A stretch of 64,000 bases of DNA from Octopus vulgaris. Taxonomy: Eukaryota. The stretch spans positions 29,326,001 through 29,390,000 of the forward strand of contig OX597832.1 in assembly GCA_951406725.2 (NCBI GenBank), given 5' to 3'. A program made the position numbers and the translations under genes. This document shows positions 51,601-59,778 of the stretch, one piece after another. The notes beneath the pieces were generated by a model. That model had not been told where the DNA came from. It saw nothing but the letters and a program-made list of their open reading frames with translations, and searched no databases. Every line of letters begins with the position of its first letter. Position 1 is the stretch's first letter.

Positions 51601-54600
51601 CTTCCACCCTCCACCCCCATCACCCCCTCATACTTCTTCCACCCTCCACCCCCATCACCCCCTCATACTTCTTCCACCCTCCACCCCCATCACCCCCTCA
51701 TACTTCTTCCACCCTCCACCCCTATCACCCTCTCATACTTCTTCCACCCTCCACCCCCATCACCCTCTCATACGTCTTCCACCCTCCACCCCCATCACCC
51801 TCTCATACTTCTTCCACCCTCCACCCCCATCACCCTCTCATACTTCTTCCACCCTCCACCCCCATCACCCTCTCATACTTCTTCCACCCTCCACCCCTAT
51901 CATCCTCTCATACTTCTTCCACCCTCCACCCCTATCACCCTCTCATACTTCTTCCACCCTCCACCCCTATCACCCTCTCATACTTCTTCCACCCCTATCA
52001 CCCTCTCATACTTCTTCCACCCTCCACCCCTATCACCCTCTCATACTTCTTCCACCCCCATCACCCTCTCATACTTCTTCCACCCTCCACCCCTATCACC
52101 CTCTCATACTTCTTCCACCCTGTGCATTACAGAGAGAAACGAACCTTGGTGAAAGTCTTTTGGCAATCGTATTTAAGGCTGATTGGGTAGACAAAAAGCA
52201 AGTTTTGGTAGCAAGTGAACGGAGAACTTAAATCTTTGTCTTCTTGGAATTCTTCGATTTCAATGTGTAAATTTCCAACTGGAGGTTCAGGGAATGGGTG
52301 TAGAGGGAGCAGGGAAGGGGTTACACAATCTGAAACAGAAACGTTGCAATGTTAAGCAGGAACGTCTAATTGGAGTCATAGCAATTAATCTGATTAGCAT
52401 GATACTGTTTTCAAATTTTGGCACAAAGTTAGTAAATTCTTTTTTTTTTTTTGTGGTGGGGGGGTGAGGTAGAATAAGTCAATTACATCGACCCCAGCGC
52501 TCATGTTGTTGTTGTAGCCGCTGTTTGTTCCTTCTCGAGTCAAGCCTGGCTCATAAGGGCCGGTTTCCCGTTTTCATTGGCGTACAAGTTCCCCACCTGG
52601 AAGAGACGTTGGTTCGTCGCAGGTGAGCTGCAAGATGCAGGAGGAAAGAGTGAGAGAAAGTTATGGCAAAAGAGTCAGCAGAAGTTTGCCATTAGCTCCT
52701 GCAGGAGCCACGTGGAGCTTAGGTGTTTTGCTCATAAACACACACATCACCTGGTCTGAGATTCGAACCTGCGATCCCTCGACCACAAGTCTGCTGTTCT
52801 AACCTCTAGGCCATGCGCCTCCATCCCCAGTGCTTGACCAGTACTTATTTCATCAACTATGAAAGATTGAAAAGCAAAGTAGACCTTGGTGGAATTTGAA
52901 CTCAGAGTGTAAAGATGGAATGAAACGCCACTAAGCACTTTATCCAGCAAGCTGATGAGTCTGCTGGCTCACTGCCTTTCAAATTAATATATTTGTCTTG
53001 AAAGATGGTGAGCAGGTAGAAACGGGCCTTGTGCCTAGAGTAGAAAAGAACATATATGTGTAACTATAGTAGCAAGCTGGCAGAAACGTTGGCACGCCAG
53101 GCAAAATGCTCAGTGGTACTTCATCTGTCTTTACATTCTGAGTTCAAATTCCGCCAAGGTCAACTTTGTCTTTCATCCTTTCGGGGTCGATAAATTAAGT
53201 ACCAGTTGCGTACTGGTGTCAATCTAATCGTCTTCCCCACCCTCCCCAAAAATTTCAAGCCTTGTGCCTTGAGTAGAAAAGAATATATTTGTTTTGAAAT
53301 TTTGGAACAAGGCTGACAATTTCGAGGATGGGAGTGGGGAGGAAGGTAGGTCAATTACATCAACCCGAGTACTCAACTGGTATTTATTTCATCAACTCAG
53401 AAAAGATGAAAAGCAAAGGGAACCCTGGTGGAGTTTGAACCCAGAACAATACATGAATAATGTATTGTTTTCATTGAAAGGACCACAGCAGAAGAAGAAC
53501 TGAGGGCAAGCATTCATTTTCAGCATTGCCTTTGAATGGACAAATGTCCTTGAAATGATGAGAGAATCACCCAAAACAGAATTTATGAATAAATTTGAAT
53601 ATGGATAAATTATGGAATAAATCACTCACATAACCAGTATTTAATAAAGGCAATGGTAAGAATTCTACTTACTTGGAACTGGAGACTCAATTGGTTCTAT
53701 CAGGATCTTCAAATGTCCTGGAATTACTTGCCATTTACTCTGTTTTTCAGGTCTACAAAGAAACCATTTTAGAACCACGGATAAGAACACAGGATTGGAA
53801 TCAAAATACTTTAAGGAATGGTGTATTTCTAAAATAACTGTTACTATAGCAACAAAGAGGAAGATGAGAAATTGCTGTACAATAGTAAAATGAGGAATAA
53901 ATTGATGGGAAAATGGGATGTTGAAGTATCAATGATGGTGATGATGGGATGGGGTAGTGATGTTGATGATGATGATGGTTGGCAGTAATGATAATGATTG
54001 TGATGATATTAATGATGATGATGATGGTGGTGGCAGTAATGATGTTAACGATTGTTACCTTCTCATTTCTTGGAGTCTCTTAATGATTTCTTCTTCTGAC
54101 AATTTGGAACTCTCTTGTCGATAAAGAACCATTTTGGCATCATTTGTTGCTTGTGGAGAGACACACCTGTGGGAAATGTAGCATAATTAAGGTGTTGTAG
54201 TAATGTTATAATAAACTATCACTGCTACTATTAGACAGCTACTTCTATGCGCACCAACACAAAAGCATAGTTTACATATGGAAGCTACAGAGTCCTAATA
54301 AAGCTTATTCTGCTTTGTAAACAGTTGATTGGATGATGGTAAGGATACCATAAAACACGAGCTGAGAGATGAATGGAGAGTAAATAAGAGGTGAGGAGAA
54401 GAAAGAGGAGCTTGAGGGGGGTCATGGTCATTGATAAGGTCAAAGGCTATGGTGAAAGGACTTAACCCTTTAGTATTTAAACCGGCCATATCCGGCCAAA
54501 ATATTTAATCTGTTTTATGTTCAAACTGACCAGATCCAGGCCCTCACACCTACCCTACAATGTTATTCTATATTAAGTAATTACACCATCAAGATCTTGA

Positions 54601-55204
54601 AGATATGAGATAATGCATGATTAATTCAAATCAACGTGAATCAATAAGCATTATGTTTGATAGAATAATCAGAACACTAAAGGGGTTAAACTAATTGAAA
54701 GTAAGGAACTTACTTGGCCGTCCAGGCAAATGGCATTCTGTGATGACCGATCCTGGAACAAAATAATTTCATCTGTCTGTGTATCTTGGTTCCTACTTTA
54801 GTGTCTGTGGACTTCATGTAATGTTCTGTACAGTGAGATATACTACCTTGCAGTACTTTCTCGATTTTGGCATACAAATAGATGTTAGACGGGTGACCAG
54901 TCACAGAAAATACAGCCTGGAGGAGACAAGGGAAACAGATTTCATTCGGTTAAGAAACTTTGAAAAGAAAAAACAAAAAACAAACACACATTCAAGAATA
55001 ATGGGGTGGGTTGTTTATCCTTCCTTGTTTGTATGGGTAAGATAGTGCATGTGTGCGTGTGTGTATACATATATATATGTGTGTGTGTGTGTGTAAAAAC
55101 TATGTTACTATACACAAAATTTTCTAACATTTTTCTAACATAACAACTTAAATATATTCTTTAACCTAATAAAACAAGCCTTCTGTAGTTTTTTTCTTCT
55201 TTTC

Positions 55205-55260
<56 letters not shown>

Positions 55261-58200
55261 GTAAATATACATATATGTATGTAAATATACATATATGTAT
55301 ATGTATATATATATACATATATGTATATATATATACATATATGTATATATATATACATATATGTATATGTATATATATATACATATATGTATATGTATAT
55401 ATATATATGTATATGTATATATATACATATACTTTATTTAAAGCAGCAGAAAATTCAACAAAATCTGTTACTCTGAGTTTCTCGTTGCCGTTCGTCAGAC
55501 AGTTTTTGTTAGAATATATATACATATATATATACATACATATACATATATGTACATATATGTAGTTTGAACTCAGAACACAGGAGTTTAAAACCATGAA
55601 GTTTTGTATAATTCATGCTTCTCAATCATTAAATGTGTAATTACATAGAATAATTCAAATTATACATGTTACAGGGCCCTAACTATCAATTAGAATTCAT
55701 AGAGTGTTTTGTTGTATACTTACTCGTCTTTCCTTTGAATAGAACCATTTTTCATCAAATTTATATAACTCTGGCGCTGTGTTCTTGACACCGTCCACTG
55801 TGTGTAGTCTGTCGGAAGCGTGTAACAACTCTGATGGAATCATTGAGCGGATATGGAGACTGTTGGGGTCAACATAAAAGTCTTCTGTGATTTTTTTCCC
55901 CGCTTTGGCATCGTAGAGAGCAAAAGATATGAAAAAAGGTTCTGGCTGGAAGACAGACAGACAGAAAATAAAAATAAAACATCAAACAGAAAGAAAACCA
56001 ATTCTGAAATTATTTTTACCAATATTTTTGTTGTTATTTTTGAATTGTTTCAACCAGTTTCAATATTCAAGTATGTTAGTTGTGAGATGATAGAATTGAG
56101 GGAGGTGGTAACTTCTCGAAGAAACTGTTAAGGCGGCGACCAGGCAGAAACATTAGCACGCCGGATGAAATGCTTAGCGGTATTTTGTCTACCGCTACGT
56201 TCAGAGTTCAAATTCTGCCAAGGTCGACTTTGCCTTTCATCCTTTCAGGATCGATTAAATAAGTACCAGTTACGCACTGGGGTCGATATAATCGACTTAA
56301 TCCGTTTGTTCTTGTTTGTCCTCTCTGTGTTTAGCCCCTTATGGGTAGTAAAGAAATAGGTATTTCGTTTGCCGCTACGTTCTGAGTTAAGATTCCGCTG
56401 AGGTCGACTTTGCCTTTCATCCTTTCGGGGTCGATAAATTTAGTACCAGTTATGCACTGAGGTCAATGTAATCGATTTAATCCCTTTGTCTGTCCTTGTT
56501 TGGGCAATAAAGAAATAAGAAACTGTATAACAGAGTTTATGGTGACTTATTAAATTTATTATAAAACTGAGTGTGTGGCAACTCATGGAGTCTATTAACC
56601 ATTTTGATACCAACTCACCTGGGACCATTCCTGTTTCTATGATAAAATTTTTGTTTTAAAGTGATTTTAAGTGAAAGCTTTCCTTCAAGATTCCATGTTG
56701 ATTTATATTCTAAACTCCAGCTTAATAATGACAAAATTATCATCATAAATTCTTCATTATTTTTCAAAGTTAGTTGAAACAAAAGCAGTACCTTCATCAA
56801 AAAATATGGTAACAAAATGGTTAAATAGCATAATGTGTGTATGTGTGTGTGTGTGTGTGGTAAGTTGTCAGTGTGACTGTTAAATAACAGAGTGTGTGGT
56901 AACTTAACCCTCTTTGACATGGGTTCCAATGTCTAACTTTACCCTCCACCTGGGTTCCTGAGCAAACAAATGGTAGCTGCATATACAGTCCAAGAGTGAC
57001 CCTTGCAGGCAAAACTAATGGACAGAATCGGCTTCTTTGTCTTCTTGTGTGGTTCATTACCACTTTACCAGGAATTCTGCTTTCCATGCTGGCATGGGTT
57101 GGACGGTTTGACTGAGGGCTGGCATGCCAGAAGGTTGCACCTGGCTCCAATCTGATCTGGCAAGGTTTCTGCAGCTGGATGCTCTTCCTAATGCCAACCA
57201 CTCAAGAGAGTGTAGTAGGTGCTTTTTATGTGCCACTGGCATGAGGGCCAATGAAGCGGTACTGGCATTGGCCACGCTTGAATGGTGCTTTTTATGTGCC
57301 ACCAGCATATAAAAATACCAGTGTGTGTGTGTGAGTGGTAAGTTAGTGCCATTATCTAACATAATGGTAACCAGTCTTGGAGAGTAGGTAAGAGAAACTT
57401 TCCAAAACCGAAACATACAAATGAGACTTGGTCCCCCGACTTGCCCAGGAGGTAACAATTCCAAATAAGAACACGGTCAGACTGCGACAAACCATCTAAC
57501 CCATACTAGCAACAAAAATGGATGTATGATGACGATGAGGATGATGAAGTGGTAACTCGTCAATAAGAGTAAATGACTTAGAAAATGAAGAAGGGGGGGG
57601 GGTCGTCCTACACTGAGATTTCTTGACTTGAATTATAGTCTGTGAAAATGAAGTCAGTGAGGACTGACTGTTGACCCTTTCTAGTCAGTGGGGGGAAAAT
57701 AGTTGACCCTTTGCCTCCAGACAAATACAAAAAAAAAAGAAGGGTTAAAGACAAGCAGTAAGGAAGGGCTAACACAGGAAGAGGGGTTAAAATGAGAGAC
57801 ACAGAGGATTAGTAAGTAAAAAGGGGTAACATGAGAAATAAAGGGTTCAATAGGCAAATAAAAAAAAAGGGATCAACACGAGAAATAACATGTTGAATTA
57901 TAAGCTGTTTTAAAGCTCAGCAATTATAAAGCCAAGTAAAATGACATTATGTGGTAAGAGAATTTGAGATAAAACTGGGTTAAATCTGACAGACTGTGAG
58001 AATAAACCCTAAATGGACACAATTAGAAGATTCGTTAAGACATGTAAGAGAGATTCAGAAAAAACAAAAAAAGGAAATACCGCAACTGGTGCAGACATCT
58101 TGCTCCTGGCTGTTTTCATAGTTTCAGAAATGATGTAAACATCGTGGAAGCTGTATTGCTACCATCTTATCAGTACGAAATTACAATTAACAAAAGACAT

Positions 58201-58372
58201 CCCTAACGAGTCTACTCTTCTCTTTCCCTCTCTCTCTCTCTCCCTGGCACCTATGTTATGTCAGCAGACTTCACTGATACAGAATTAACTCTGCCTCCAA
58301 GGGCATCACAGTTCCCACAAAACAAAATATGTGTATGGGTTAGCATATATATATATAAGCATATACACACAC

Positions 58373-58413
<41 letters not shown>

Positions 58414-59047
58414 CGTGTGACAGGCAGCAGATCAGTTAAAGCTGTTTATACAAGTTAATCCGAATGTTGTCTAACACCTACAGGGCATGGCACACATAAA
58501 CACGGTAGTGGTGTTGTTGTTGTTACTGTTGTAGTTGTGGTGGTGGTACTAAGATAAACTAGGGAAATATTAGCAGTTTTCAGGGCTTTTGTGAGAATAC
58601 ACTGTATGGAAGGGTCGTTATGAAAGGTAATTCTCACCTTCTCAAGTGAAGTTAGTAAATCTTATTAACAATAATGATGGGCTTTAGGATACTGAATACC
58701 TATATATACACACATATACCAAAAGCAAGCACACACACACACACACAAATATATTAATATTTAGCAGAAGTTTCTGCTTAATATTAATAAAAATATACAT
58801 ATACTCATATTTTGAGTTCTATTTGTCATGTTTGCATCAACATACCTATATACATACTATATAAAAATTAGAAAAAAATCACCTTTTATCAATTCAAAAT
58901 GAATATATATACGTTTTTATTATTATTTTGCAATTTACTTAATCATTGGTATATTATTGTTATTTTAATACTTCTATCATGTAATTTTCTAGATGGTGTA
59001 ATTTAATTGTTCATTTTGAATTGATAAAAGGTATTTTTTTTTTTCTA

Positions 59048-59084
<37 letters not shown>

Positions 59085-59169
59085 TTTGTGAAATTTGATT
59101 TAGTATTTCTAAATTGAATTTGTCTCTGTAAGTTAGGAATAATATTCCCTCAAATAATAATAATTATTT

Positions 59170-59252
<83 letters not shown>

Positions 59253-59522
59253 ATGTATGTATGTATGTATGTATATGGAATTCATCTTTGAAGGATATTC
59301 CTATGACATCTAGAAAGGAATATATTTAAAAACTTAATTGTATATCTAATTTTTTCTATATGGTATATAATTTTAATTACATCATTGTTATTTGATTGTT
59401 GAATTGATAAAAGGTTGGTTCTTCTCTAATTCCTATACATATATTATATATATTATATTTTGTGAAATTTGAATAAGTATTACTAAATTGAATTTTTCCC
59501 TGTAAGTTTGGAATAATATTCC

Positions 59523-59556
<34 letters not shown>

Positions 59557-59697
59557 TACACACACACAGCATTAGAGTGATTTAGCTCTTATTTCTAGCA
59601 ATGTAGGTGTTTCCTAACACCCTAGTCACATGTAGCTTTTTGGTGAAACATTGCAAACTGTTGTTTATATTAATTTTTTAAACATATATATATGTAT

Positions 59698-59778
<81 letters not shown>

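Noticed and set aside
51477-52231. 237/238-aa Pro/His-rich ORFs
   Set aside because: Translations of the 35-bp minisatellite; the unit is not a multiple of 3 and simply lacks stop codons.
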